Source: an uncultured Dehalococcoidales bacterium
GTDB lineage: Bacteria > Chloroflexota > Dehalococcoidia > GIF9 > UBA5629
Direction of reading: 5' to 3'
Assembly (NCBI GenBank): GCA_964554375.1
Contig: CAZKOL010000001.1
Location: 24,597-88,596, forward strand
Length of the DNA stretch: 64,000 nt
This document shows positions 1 through 9,534 of the stretch, one piece after another. The notes beneath the pieces are model-generated. The model was not told the DNA's origin and did not search any database. It was given only the letters and a program-made list of their open reading frames with translations. Position 1 is the stretch's first letter. Each line of letters starts with the position of its first letter. Made by a program: the position numbers and the translations under genes.

Positions 1-1128
1 ATTGAGACCTTTATCGAGAAGCATCTGGGTATAACGGCCATGGAGGGAGGCTGGCTTGCGCTGGTATTTCCTTTAATGGCGATCCTGTTCTCGATTCCGT
101 TTGGAATGCTGATCGACCGCAAGGGGATCAGGTGGGGTCTCGGCACAGGCGTTATCATACTCGCAGTCTTCGGTTGCCTGCGGCTGATCAGCCCGGAATC
201 ATATCCGGCGCTGCTGATCTCCCAGATAGGCGCCGGCGCCGGTACAGCCTGTATCCTGAACGGCATAACCAAGATCGCGGTGACCTGGTTTCCCGAGAAA
301 GAAGAGGCCACCGCCGTCAGCCTGGGCTCGGTGGCGATGTTCATCGGCATGTTGATCGGCCTGGGCGTCACACCGATGCTGCTGCTGGAGCTTGGATATA
401 ATAACCTGCTGCTGACTTACAGCATGCTTGCTGTGCTCAGCATGGTGCTGTTCTTCATATTCGTCAAAGAGAAGCCGCCGACACCGGCGAGGCTGGTCCC
501 GGCAACCACCGAATTTTCGGATATGAGCCAGTGGAAGAGCCTCAAAGACATCCTCAAGAAGCGCAACTTCATCATCCTGAGCATCATCTTCCTCATCGGC
601 ACCGGTTGCTTCAACGGTCTTGCGACCTGGATAGAGAAAATCCTGAACGAGTTGCACAATATTCCCCTGGCCGATGTCGGTTATGTATCCGGGTTGATGA
701 TCATCGGCGCTATCATCGGCTGCATCGTCATCCCCATCATATCGGATAAGATAATGAAGAGGAAGCCGTTCCTGTTCCTGGCGCTGGCGGGCGGGGCTGT
801 CTGTGTGACTTTACTGATCTTCCCGTCAGGCATGACGGCGACCATGATCATTGCTTTCTTTATGGGTTTCTTCCTGATTTCCGCGCTTCCCATCATGATG
901 ACACTATCGGTCGAGTATGCCGGCCAGCAATTCGCCGGTATTTCGCTGGGATGGCTCTGGCTGGTGGGCAACGCCTGCGCGGTGGTGGTCGTTCCCTCCA
1001 TGGAGATGCTGCGCACAGAGACCGGCCAGTTCACATTACCGATACTCCTGCTGGTCGTCCTGCTGGCTGTTGCCTTCATCCTCGCTTTTATGCTCAAGGA
1101 GCCCAAAAGCGGAACCAGCGGAAATTAA
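1..1128 (+). CDS. MFS transporter, 5'-truncated by window edge (reading frame open from position 1)
   Basis: 362-aa ORF with multiple hydrophobic helices (12-TM-like layout), G/A/L/I-rich; no stop upstream in frame. Confidence 0.7.
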   Translation: METFIEKHLGITAMEGGWLALVFPLMAILFSIPFGMLIDRKGIRWGLGTGVIILAVFGCLRLISPESYPALLISQIGAGAGTACILNGITKIAVTWFPEKEEATAVSLGSVAMFIGMLIGLGVTPMLLLELGYNNLLLTYSMLAVLSMVLFFIFVKEKPPTPARLVPATTEFSDMSQWKSLKDILKKRNFIILSIIFLIGTGCFNGLATWIEKILNELHNIPLADVGYVSGLMIIGAIIGCIVIPIISDKIMKRKPFLFLALAGGAVCVTLLIFPSGMTATMIIAFFMGFFLISALPIMMTLSVEYAGQQFAGISLGWLWLVGNACAVVVVPSMEMLRTETGQFTLPILLLVVLLAVAFILAFMLKEPKSGTSGN

Positions 1129-1190
1129 AAGCAATAACAGGAGGCCGTCAGCCGGCTTCCAGGTGAATAATTAGATATGAGGTGGTACAA

Positions 1191-2942
1191 ATGTCAGAGC
1201 TGATTCCGAAAGGATTACCCAAAGGCCAACAGATACTGGAAAAAGGCAGAAAAACCGGCCGGGCCATTGAGATGGGCGTGAGCGCCTTCCAGCGCGAGAG
1301 GGGTCTCACCCTGTCGGACTGGAGGCGTCAGAATACCGGGGCAGGCAACGTGCTCTTCGTGGCGCAGATGGGGCTGGCCACGATCAAGGAACACGTGGAG
1401 GCGATGAAGGAGCTGTATGACAGGTGCAAGGAAAGGGGCACCGACGTGGGCGCCATGATCGTCACCAGCAACTGGGTCAACGGGCTGCCGCGCGGCGATT
1501 TACGCAGCAAGGCGCCCCGGGGCACCAGCTTTATCCTGGACGGCCCCGAGGACTTTGCCAGAGTAGCCCAGGCGGCGCCCATCATGCCGCTTTTCGCCGA
1601 CAACATGGTCGGCACGCCCAACTCGGTCAGCAACGCCGTCAACGCGCTCAAGGCGGGCGCCCCCGGCCTGGGCACCATGTCCCAGTTCACCTGGAACTAC
1701 CCCTACTGGCACGACGACGTGGGACAGGTCACGGCCACGGTCGAAGCCCTGGGCATACTGGCCGGCAAGCGCGAGCAGGGCGCGGGCATCGGCAGCTACA
1801 TGGGCGACGGCACTTCGGCCGGGTTCATCGACCACGCCTCAGAGGTCGGCTACTGCCTGCTCGAGCAATATATCGTGGAGAAGCTCTGCGGCGCCCGCTA
1901 TATGACCGGCCTGGGCGGGCTGATCAGCCATATACCCTCGAAGATGGCCACCTGGCTTGCGAGCCATGAAGTGCTCAAAGCGGCCCTGGGGACGGACGAT
2001 ATCGTCATGGTGCACGTGGAGGGCAATACCATCGAGGTCAGCGAGGACGCCCAGTCCAACTACGGCCTGGTGCTGGCGGACTTCCTGCCCTACGCCATCC
2101 TGGAACGTAAATACAAGACCGGCGCGTTCTACAGCGCCAAGCCGGTGATGGAGGCCGTCAGGGTCCCCACACTGACCGAGATAGCCGATGTCGTACTGGC
2201 CTGCGCGGCGGCACTGCGCAAGGCGCCCGAGTTTGAAGAGGCCAAGATTTTCAACGAGACCGAGATCAACAAGCTCAAGCGAGTGCTGGTAGTCAACGGC
2301 AGGAAGTTCTTCAGAAATATCCTGAAGGGCCTGCCAGAGATGGGCGTGGATATCAACGACCCCGTCCAGGTGCTGCTGGCGGTCCGCCGGCTGGGCGGTG
2401 CGAAGCTGGAGCAGCTTTATCATCCGGGCGAGAGGGACCCCAAAAAGTACCGCGGCATCGTCCCGTTTGCGCCCACCGACCTGATCATGATGCAGCAGAT
2501 GATAACCGATTGGACCGTCGATGCCATCCGCGCGGAGAAGCTGGGCGATTCCATCAGCGGCAAGAAGATCGTGGCCGGCTCGACCGACACGCACGAGTTC
2601 GGCCTCTATGTCCTGGAGGGGGTGCTCACCGCCTTCGGCGCCAGCGTTGTACACGCGGGAGTCGACCAGGACGCCGAGCAGATACTGGACGCGGCCCACA
2701 AAGCGGGCACGCCCTATATCGCGGTGAGCACGCACAACGGCCAGTGCCTGGAATGGGGCACAAATCTGGTGGAGGAGTCCCGCAGGCGCAGACAGCCCGT
2801 CACAGTATTCATGGGCGGCGTGCTCAACACCATCGTTGACGGCATCTCCGAGCCGGTCGATGTCACAGACCAGCTTTCGGCGCTGGGCATCAAGACCTGC
2901 GAAGATATCAATGCCATGTTCAAACAAATGGCCGGAGTATAG
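1191..2942 (+). CDS. cobalamin-dependent mutase-family protein: glutamate-mutase-E-like catalytic region fused to C-terminal B12-binding domain
   Basis: C-terminal ~130 aa carries DxHxxG (STDTHEFG), SxL-like and GG (FMGGVL) B12-binding motifs; N-terminal ~450 aa resembles methylaspartate mutase E / 2-methyleneglutarate mutase architecture; RBS gaggtgg upstream of ATG 1191. Confidence 0.5.
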   Translation: MSELIPKGLPKGQQILEKGRKTGRAIEMGVSAFQRERGLTLSDWRRQNTGAGNVLFVAQMGLATIKEHVEAMKELYDRCKERGTDVGAMIVTSNWVNGLPRGDLRSKAPRGTSFILDGPEDFARVAQAAPIMPLFADNMVGTPNSVSNAVNALKAGAPGLGTMSQFTWNYPYWHDDVGQVTATVEALGILAGKREQGAGIGSYMGDGTSAGFIDHASEVGYCLLEQYIVEKLCGARYMTGLGGLISHIPSKMATWLASHEVLKAALGTDDIVMVHVEGNTIEVSEDAQSNYGLVLADFLPYAILERKYKTGAFYSAKPVMEAVRVPTLTEIADVVLACAAALRKAPEFEEAKIFNETEINKLKRVLVVNGRKFFRNILKGLPEMGVDINDPVQVLLAVRRLGGAKLEQLYHPGERDPKKYRGIVPFAPTDLIMMQQMITDWTVDAIRAEKLGDSISGKKIVAGSTDTHEFGLYVLEGVLTAFGASVVHAGVDQDAEQILDAAHKAGTPYIAVSTHNGQCLEWGTNLVEESRRRRQPVTVFMGGVLNTIVDGISEPVDVTDQLSALGIKTCEDINAMFKQMAGV

Positions 2943-2985
2943 GTGTTACTCCCGGAGGTTCTGAAAATACACGGAGGAGACAGTT

Positions 2986-4428
2986 ATGGATAAAGTAAGT
3001 ACGACCAGCCACCGCCTTCCGCCCGTGCAGGGCACGGCCTCGTCCGAGGATATCGCAGCCATAGTTAATAAGCTACGCGACACCTTCAACACGGGTAAAA
3101 CACACGATATAAACTGGCGCCTGGGCCAGCTCAAGGCCATGAAAGCCATGTTGAAGGAGCACTACCGGGAGTTCATCGACGCGCTTACTTACGACACGGG
3201 GCGGCCGCTCTACGAAGCCTGGACCGGCGATGTTTTCTGCGCGCAGAATGAGATAAACGTGGCCATCAAGGGGCTGAAGAAATGGGTCAAGCCCAGGCCG
3301 CTGGAGTCGGACTTCGGCTTTTTCCCATCCAAAGCCTGGACCGTGCTCGATCCTCTGGGAGTGACGCTGGTCATCGCGCCCTGGAACTATCCTCTGGAGC
3401 TGGTGATGAACCCCGCGGTGGGGGCCATCGGCGCCGGCAACTGTGTCGTGATCAAGCCGTCCGAGATAGCGCCCCATACATCGGGGCTGGTGGCAAAATA
3501 CGTGCCGCAGTATATGGATAACGACGCGGTGGCCGTGGTGGAGGGCGGGGTAGCCCAGACCACCGCCCTGCTGGCGCAGCGCTTCGACCATATCTTCTAT
3601 ACGGGGAATGGCCGGGTGGGACGTATCGTACTGGAGGCCGCCGCCAAAAACCTGACCACCGTTAACCTGGAGCTGGGCGGAAAATGTCCCGCCTTTTTCA
3701 CTAAAAACGCCAACATGGGAGTAGCCTGCCGGCGCCTGGCCTGGGGCAAGTACTATAACAACGGTCAGACCTGCACCGCGCCGGACTACGTGCTGGTGGA
3801 GAAATCGGTCGAGGAGACCTTCCTCAAGTGCATGGCCAAGACTATAAAAGAATTCTACGGCGACGACCCCCAGAAAAGCGAGGACTACGGGCGCATCGTG
3901 AACGTGAACCATTTCAGACGTGTGGCCGCGCTGCTCAAAGGGGAGGAGGTCTACGTGGGCGGGCAGACCGACGAGTCGGACCTCTACATCGCTCCTACGG
4001 TGCTGGTCAACGTATCGCCGGACAGCCCGATCATGCAGGAGGAGATCTTCGGTCCCGTCATGCCGGTGATCGCCGTGCCGGACCTGGAGGCGGCCATCAA
4101 GTTCGTGAACGCGCGTCCCAAGCCTCTGGCCCAGTGCATCTACACGGAGAGCCGTGAGGAGGAAAAGATGATACTGGAGCGCACCACCGCCGGCGGCGTG
4201 GATATCAATACGGCCAACCTGCACAGCGCCACGCCGGGCATCCCCTTCGGGGGCGTGGGCGCCAGCGGCATGGGCGCCTATCACGGCAAGCTGAGCTTCG
4301 AGGCCTTCAGCCACCGTAAAAGCATAATCCGCGTGGGCGCCTGGACCGAGCTGGTGAGCCAGGCCATCAACCCGCCGTACACCAAGTGGAAATGGGACCT
4401 GGCCAAGCTGCTTTCGGGGACCTGGTGA
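2986..4428 (+). CDS. aldehyde dehydrogenase family protein (ALDH3-like)
   Basis: ELGGKCP glutamate motif, catalytic Cys in NNGQTCTAPDY, ~480 aa; strong RBS acggaggag. Confidence 0.85.
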   Translation: MDKVSTTSHRLPPVQGTASSEDIAAIVNKLRDTFNTGKTHDINWRLGQLKAMKAMLKEHYREFIDALTYDTGRPLYEAWTGDVFCAQNEINVAIKGLKKWVKPRPLESDFGFFPSKAWTVLDPLGVTLVIAPWNYPLELVMNPAVGAIGAGNCVVIKPSEIAPHTSGLVAKYVPQYMDNDAVAVVEGGVAQTTALLAQRFDHIFYTGNGRVGRIVLEAAAKNLTTVNLELGGKCPAFFTKNANMGVACRRLAWGKYYNNGQTCTAPDYVLVEKSVEETFLKCMAKTIKEFYGDDPQKSEDYGRIVNVNHFRRVAALLKGEEVYVGGQTDESDLYIAPTVLVNVSPDSPIMQEEIFGPVMPVIAVPDLEAAIKFVNARPKPLAQCIYTESREEEKMILERTTAGGVDINTANLHSATPGIPFGGVGASGMGAYHGKLSFEAFSHRKSIIRVGAWTELVSQAINPPYTKWKWDLAKLLSGTW

Positions 4429-4464
4429 TCAAAGCAAGGCGTAAATAACTGAAAGGAGACCAAA

Positions 4465-5340
4465 GTGGCGAAGGGAGAGAAGTTAATTATCACCGCTGCC
4501 CTTTCGGGCGGCGCTACGTTCAAAGCCAACAACCCTAATGTTCCCTACTCCCCGCAGGAATTTGCGGACGAATGCGAAAAATGCGTGAAGCATGGGGTAA
4601 GCATCGTCCACATCCATGCCCGCGATCCGAAAACAGAGATGGCAACTGCGGATCTTGAAATCATAAAAGCAACTGTTATGGCTATTAGGGAGCGATGTCC
4701 CGATATCATCATCAACCTGAGTAGCGCCATCACATCCGGCCTCACCCCGGAGCAGAGGATAGCGCCCATCATCGAGTTCGAACCCGATATCGGCAGCATG
4801 AACACCGCGACCATGAACGACGGCATAGCCGATCACAAGACCGGCGAAGTCTTCTTCGAGTACACATTTGAGAACACGCTCAGCATGATCGCGGATTTCG
4901 CCAGAGTGATGAAGCAGCACGGAGTCAAGCCGGAGTTCGAGGTATACGATCCGGCGGGTATCTACAATATCCTGCTGTTGAGCAAACAAAAGGACCTCTT
5001 TACGGGGCCCATGAACTTCCAGTTCGTATATGGCGCCTTCGGTGGGATCGCCTTTAACCCGATCCTGCATTTGACCATGGTGGGACTGCTGCCCGAGGGG
5101 TCGACATTCGGTGTCTGCGGGGTCGGGCCGAACCAGGTCCCGGCCGCGATTATCAGCGCCCTCACCGGCGGACATGTAAGGATCGGGCTGGAGGACAACG
5201 TCAGGGCGCCGGGCGGTGAGCTTGCCAAAGGCAGTTGGGAACAGGCTAAATGGGTGCAGGAGATCGCCGGGATAATGGATAGGCCTGTTGCCACGCCGGC
5301 GGAAGCCCGCGAGATACTGGGACTGCGCCCTAAAAAATAG
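4465..5340 (+). CDS. BKACE family enzyme (3-keto-5-aminohexanoate cleavage enzyme-like, DUF849)
   Basis: N-terminal LIITAALSGG...VHIHARD and overall TIM-barrel Kce-like sequence, 291 aa; GTG start with RBS gaaaggag. Confidence 0.8.
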   Translation: MAKGEKLIITAALSGGATFKANNPNVPYSPQEFADECEKCVKHGVSIVHIHARDPKTEMATADLEIIKATVMAIRERCPDIIINLSSAITSGLTPEQRIAPIIEFEPDIGSMNTATMNDGIADHKTGEVFFEYTFENTLSMIADFARVMKQHGVKPEFEVYDPAGIYNILLLSKQKDLFTGPMNFQFVYGAFGGIAFNPILHLTMVGLLPEGSTFGVCGVGPNQVPAAIISALTGGHVRIGLEDNVRAPGGELAKGSWEQAKWVQEIAGIMDRPVATPAEAREILGLRPKK

Positions 5341-5385
5341 TTGCGGTCGCAACGGCGTCAATTCAGCTTAAATAAGGAGGGCAAA

Positions 5386-6282
5386 ATGCCTACCAGGATA
5401 AATAATGTCGCCGTCGTCGGCGCGGGCTTCATGGGCGTACAGATTTCCAGTACCGCAGCCCTGGCCGGCAACAGCGTGAAGGTTTTCGACCTTAACCCGG
5501 ATTCCGCTGCCAAAACTATCGGCGATCTCAAGGGCATCTTCGCTTTGAAGGGAATGACCGAACAGGCGGAGAGGATGGATGCGGCCCAGATTAAAATAGC
5601 CTATTGCGATTCACTTTCCAAGGCCGTTGAGGACGCCGACCTGGTTATCGAGGCGATCGTTGAAAATATAGACCTCAAGAAAAAGGTATTCAGCCAGATA
5701 GAAGCTGCTGCTCCGCCTAAGGCGATAATTGCCTCGAACAGCTCCTCCATACCGGTGACGAAGCTGGAGGACGCGGTGTCCCGCAGGGAAAGGGTGCTGA
5801 ACGTCCATTTCGACTCGCCGATGATCGACCTGCCGCTGGTGGACATCATGCCCGGCGCCAGGACCGGCGCTGAGACTATTAAAGCTGTAAAGGAATGGGT
5901 GGAAAGTCTGGGGTGCGTTCCCGTGGTGGTGAAGAAGCCCATCATGGGATACCTGGGCAACCGGCTGTGGCGGGTGGTCAAACGCGAGTCGCTCAAGCTG
6001 TGGGCCGGGGGATACGGGGATTTCATGGATATCGACCGGTCGTGGATGCTGCAGTTTAAAGTCGAGCTGGGTCCGTTCGCCATGATGGATGTGGTGGGGT
6101 TGGACGTGGTCTATGATATCGAAATGGCATACTACAACGAGAGCGGCGAAGCGCAGGACTTGCCACCAAAGGCATTAAAGGAAATGGTTGACAAAGGTCA
6201 GCTCGGTATGAAAACCGGCAAGGGATTTTATGACTGGAGCGACCCGGCCTTTATAAAACCGGGCTTTACCGGAAAAAAGTGA
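5386..6282 (+). CDS. 3-hydroxyacyl-CoA dehydrogenase family protein (Hbd-like)
   Basis: NAD-binding VAVVGAGFMGVQI at N-terminus, 3HCDH N and C domains; RBS aaggagg 8 nt upstream of ATG 5386. Confidence 0.8.
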   Translation: MPTRINNVAVVGAGFMGVQISSTAALAGNSVKVFDLNPDSAAKTIGDLKGIFALKGMTEQAERMDAAQIKIAYCDSLSKAVEDADLVIEAIVENIDLKKKVFSQIEAAAPPKAIIASNSSSIPVTKLEDAVSRRERVLNVHFDSPMIDLPLVDIMPGARTGAETIKAVKEWVESLGCVPVVVKKPIMGYLGNRLWRVVKRESLKLWAGGYGDFMDIDRSWMLQFKVELGPFAMMDVVGLDVVYDIEMAYYNESGEAQDLPPKALKEMVDKGQLGMKTGKGFYDWSDPAFIKPGFTGKK

Positions 6283-6297
6283 CCCTCAGTGTCAAGA

Positions 6298-6370
6298 CCT
6301 GCAGGGGCGGACATTCAGGTCCGCCCGCTTTTTCGGGCTTTTTCGGGCGGGTTTGAAAACCCGCCCCTGC
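6298..6370. repeat. GC-rich palindromic intergenic element (REP/MITE-like), copy A
   Basis: cctgcaggggcggacattcaggtccgcccg...gggcgggtttgaaaacccgcccctgc; two stem-loops flanked by short inverted ends; internal direct duplication ctttttcggg x2; closely related copies at 7639-7755, 38958-39004 and 47077-47140. Confidence 0.65.
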
Positions 6371-7561
6371 TCAGAATAACTCGCCTTTGTGCAAAAGCTC
6401 GCAGAACCTTTCAAACGGCATGACTTCCACCGGTCCGAAACGGTATGACCTCTGGCCAGAGTATACCCCGATCAGCCTGTCCGCCTTCACTTTATCCGCC
6501 GCTTTCAATGACAGCAGTGGCTTTTCCCAGGCGCGGTTCCAGCTACCGGCCCTTTTGACTTCGATCGCCACGATGTGCGGCACGGAATCAGCGTTGCGCC
6601 CGGATATCTCCACCACGAAATCGACTTCCACGCCTGCCGGGGTCCGGTAATAATGCACGGGCCGGTGTCTACGGCTGACCTCGTTGTAAACGCGCAGTTC
6701 GTGGTAGACCAGCGTTTCTAACGCAAAGCCCTGTGAACTGCCCTCAAGCGGATCGCGCACCCGACCGGCGGCCGCCCGGGCAACGCCCGGATCAAACCAG
6801 TAGAATTTTGGATGGGCAGCCTCACGTACTTTAAGTCCGGCGCGCCAGGCGGGCAGGAAATGTCCCAGCAGTGTGTCCACAAGGATAGAGAAATAAGATT
6901 CCACGGTGCTGCGAGCTGCGCCGGCGTCGCGGGCGATGTTCTGCATATTGACCACCTGGCCGTTCACCTGGCCGGCCACCGAGATGAACCGCATGAAGGG
7001 CGGCACGTTGCGCAGCAGCCCTTCCTGCCGTATCTCCTCGCGTATATGCGTGTCGAGATATGCTTCGAGAACGTCGGGGGCCTGCCGCGGGTCGCGCCGG
7101 ACCATGGGCAGCGAACCCCACTCGATAGCTGACGGCAGGTCAAAGGCCTTCCCCAGCTCTGCGGCGGAGAACCCCTCCATATTCAAAGTTATGGCGCGGC
7201 CTGCAAGCAGGTTGGCGCCTCCCCTGCGCAGCTTGCGCGCCGACGATCCGCAGAGCGCGAAACGCCAGTGCTGCGATTCGATCAGGCGGTGCACCTCGTC
7301 GAGCAGGGAAGGTATCTTCTGTATCTCATCCAGCACTATCCAGGCGCCGTCCGGCAGGCCGCCGGCCATGGCCTCGAGCCGGTGGGGGTCGCGTGACAGT
7401 TCGAGGTACAGGGACGCGTCCAGCAGGTCCAGGAAAAGCGCGCCGGGCAGCACATGCCGCAGCCATGTGCTCTTGCCGGTTCCGCGTGGACCAAACAGGA
7501 AGAATGAAACCTCCGGGCATTTCAGCAACCTGTCAATATATGGCTTAGCTACGTTATCCAT
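6371..7561 (-). CDS. AAA family ATPase (AAA_14 + DUF4143 C-terminal domain)
   Basis: Walker A GPRGTGKST, Walker B-like IVLDEIQ, C-terminal DUF4143-like region; 396 aa. Confidence 0.8.
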   Translation of the reverse strand: MDNVAKPYIDRLLKCPEVSFFLFGPRGTGKSTWLRHVLPGALFLDLLDASLYLELSRDPHRLEAMAGGLPDGAWIVLDEIQKIPSLLDEVHRLIESQHWRFALCGSSARKLRRGGANLLAGRAITLNMEGFSAAELGKAFDLPSAIEWGSLPMVRRDPRQAPDVLEAYLDTHIREEIRQEGLLRNVPPFMRFISVAGQVNGQVVNMQNIARDAGAARSTVESYFSILVDTLLGHFLPAWRAGLKVREAAHPKFYWFDPGVARAAAGRVRDPLEGSSQGFALETLVYHELRVYNEVSRRHRPVHYYRTPAGVEVDFVVEISGRNADSVPHIVAIEVKRAGSWNRAWEKPLLSLKAADKVKADRLIGVYSGQRSYRFGPVEVMPFERFCELLHKGELF

Positions 7562-7577
7562 GAAATTTCACACTTCT

Positions 7578-7606
7578 AATGTAATATTACAATGCATTAT
7601 TACATT
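7578..7606. promoter_or_regulatory. operator-like palindrome immediately upstream of the DUF4143 ATPase gene
   Basis: perfect 12-bp palindrome TGTAATATTACA (7580-7591) nested in 9-bp inverted repeat AATGTAATA...TATTACATT; 17 bp upstream of the minus-strand start codon. Confidence 0.35.
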
Positions 7607-7638
7607 TTGGTCGTGATTATGCAAGATTGTACGATTTT

Positions 7639-7755
7639 GTGTAGGGGCGTACCTGCAGGGGCGGACATTCAGGTGCGCCCGTCTTTCCGTGCCCGCTTCG
7701 GGCTGTCATTGCGAGCGCAGCGAAGCAATCTCATTGTAGGGACGCTGCGTCTGTA
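7639..7755. repeat. GC-rich palindromic intergenic element, copy B (rearranged)
   Basis: gtgtaggggcgtacctgcaggggcggacattcaggtgcgcccgtctttccg shares the left arm of copies A and D with an internal duplication; right arm replaced by gtcattgcgagcgcagcgaagcaatctcattgtagggacgctgcgtc. Confidence 0.55.
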
Positions 7756-7856
7756 TAGCTATCCACACGTTCTATTTTCCGATACCTTTCACCGCAACCA
7801 GACCGGGTATTGTAACCATAAGATCAAGGAATGCGCCTGTTGCAATCTCCTCCCCT

Positions 7857-9398
7857 TTACTGCTCCTCCGCCGCCTCTAATATCCGGTCAATCCTGAAAG
7901 TCCTCTCCTCGCCGCGTTTGAGGCAGAAGGCGCGCAGGCCGCGGAAGGTCTTGCCGCCGTAGGTGAAATCCCCCACCGCCAGCGGCCTGATCACGCGCAC
8001 CGACTTCTCGTCGTTGGGCTTGAGGTAGGTGATGCGCAGCTTGCCGCCCTCCGCGATGACCTTCAGGATGAGCTTCTCCTTGTCCTTTGCAGAAAGCAAT
8101 TGCTCGGCCTTGCCGTACTGGTAGCGCGTGACGAAATTCACCACGCGCCAGTCCATCCAGATGTGTTTCTTCTGGACCGGCTGTTTGAGCACGATGCCGC
8201 CCAGCGAGGTGCAGCGGCTGAGCGCCACGTACATCTGCCCGTGGGCGAAGGTGCCCCGCCCGATATCAATGACCACCCGTTCGAAGGTCTTGCCCTGGCT
8301 CTTGTGTATGGTCACCGCCCAGGCCAGCATCAGCGGGTACTGTGTGAAAGTGCCCACCACCTCCGATTTTATCTCCCTGCCCTCCAGCTTGTACTGGAAT
8401 ATCTCCCAGGTGTATGGCTCGACCATCTCGTCCTCGCCATCCGCGATCTGCACATTTATGTAAAGCCCGCCTTCACCATCCTTGCTGAACCCCTTTATTT
8501 TTCCCATGCTGCCGTTGACCCAGCGGCCGGCGGGGTCGTTGTTGAGCATCATCACCTGGGCGCTCGCCTTGACCATGAGAGCCTCGGCTGTGGGCAGGGA
8601 ATCGTCGCTGAATTTGCCGTCCCTGGACGCCCTGAAGGTGTGCAGCTTACCCTTGAGCTTTACCAGTTCTGCGGCGTTGAGGTCCGACGCCATGGCGTTG
8701 GTAGTGGTGAGCCGCACCGAGATCCCCCCTCCGGGCGCGTCCATTTCCGGGATGCAGCGTCTGTTGAGCAGTCCGAGTCCGGCGCCGTCGATGCTGTTGT
8801 TGCGGATAGCGTTGAGCAGTTCGATGAAGCTCTGGTCGTGCTGGCGGTAGACCTTCTCCAGCTCGATGAAATCCATGTCGAAATCCTTGAAAACATGTGA
8901 GCTGAAGAAATAGGGTGTTTCATAAAGCCCGGCGAAGGCTTCCTTATCCCTGGAGGTCACCACGGGCGGGAGCTGGTAGAGGTCGCCCACGAACACCATC
9001 TGGACGCCGCCGAAGGGCTTGCGGGAGTCCGGCCCGTTGAGCCGCAGGAACCGGTCCACGCAGTCCAGCAGGTCCGCCCTGACCATGGATATCTCGTCGA
9101 TCACCAGGATATCCAGCTTCTTGTAAAGGCTGCCGCCCCTTTCCACTTTCTTGACCTTCGGGGGCGTGATGTCGGGTTTGAAGCCGAAGAACGAGTGGAT
9201 GGTCTGGCCCTTGATGTTGAGAGCCGCCACGCCCGTGGGGGCCAGCGCTACGACCTTCTTGGCTGTTATGACGCGGAAATACTCGAGCAGGGTGGATTTG
9301 CCGGTGCCGGCGCGTCCCGTTATGAAAACGCACCTGCCCGTCCTCTCCATGACGTCCAGGGCGCGCCGGAACTGCTCGTTTATCTCGATGTGCTGCAC
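7857..9398 (-). CDS. Pif1/RecD-family (AAA_30) DNA helicase with C-terminal WYL domain
   Basis: Walker A GRAGTGKST, Walker B LVIDEISMV, helicase C region; last ~90 aa contain WYL signature LRAFCLKRGEERTFRIDRI. Confidence 0.8.
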   Translation of the reverse strand: MQHIEINEQFRRALDVMERTGRCVFITGRAGTGKSTLLEYFRVITAKKVVALAPTGVAALNIKGQTIHSFFGFKPDITPPKVKKVERGGSLYKKLDILVIDEISMVRADLLDCVDRFLRLNGPDSRKPFGGVQMVFVGDLYQLPPVVTSRDKEAFAGLYETPYFFSSHVFKDFDMDFIELEKVYRQHDQSFIELLNAIRNNSIDGAGLGLLNRRCIPEMDAPGGGISVRLTTTNAMASDLNAAELVKLKGKLHTFRASRDGKFSDDSLPTAEALMVKASAQVMMLNNDPAGRWVNGSMGKIKGFSKDGEGGLYINVQIADGEDEMVEPYTWEIFQYKLEGREIKSEVVGTFTQYPLMLAWAVTIHKSQGKTFERVVIDIGRGTFAHGQMYVALSRCTSLGGIVLKQPVQKKHIWMDWRVVNFVTRYQYGKAEQLLSAKDKEKLILKVIAEGGKLRITYLKPNDEKSVRVIRPLAVGDFTYGGKTFRGLRAFCLKRGEERTFRIDRILEAAEEQ

Positions 9399-9534
9399 TG
9401 CTGTTTCAGCAGATTATACAACACAACCCGGTCCCTGTTGCCGGTCACTTTACTATCTTGATTTGAAGACCTATCCTAGATGAGTTATATCGAATGAGCG
9501 CAAAATGTGGAACACTGCGATATAATAAAAAAGC

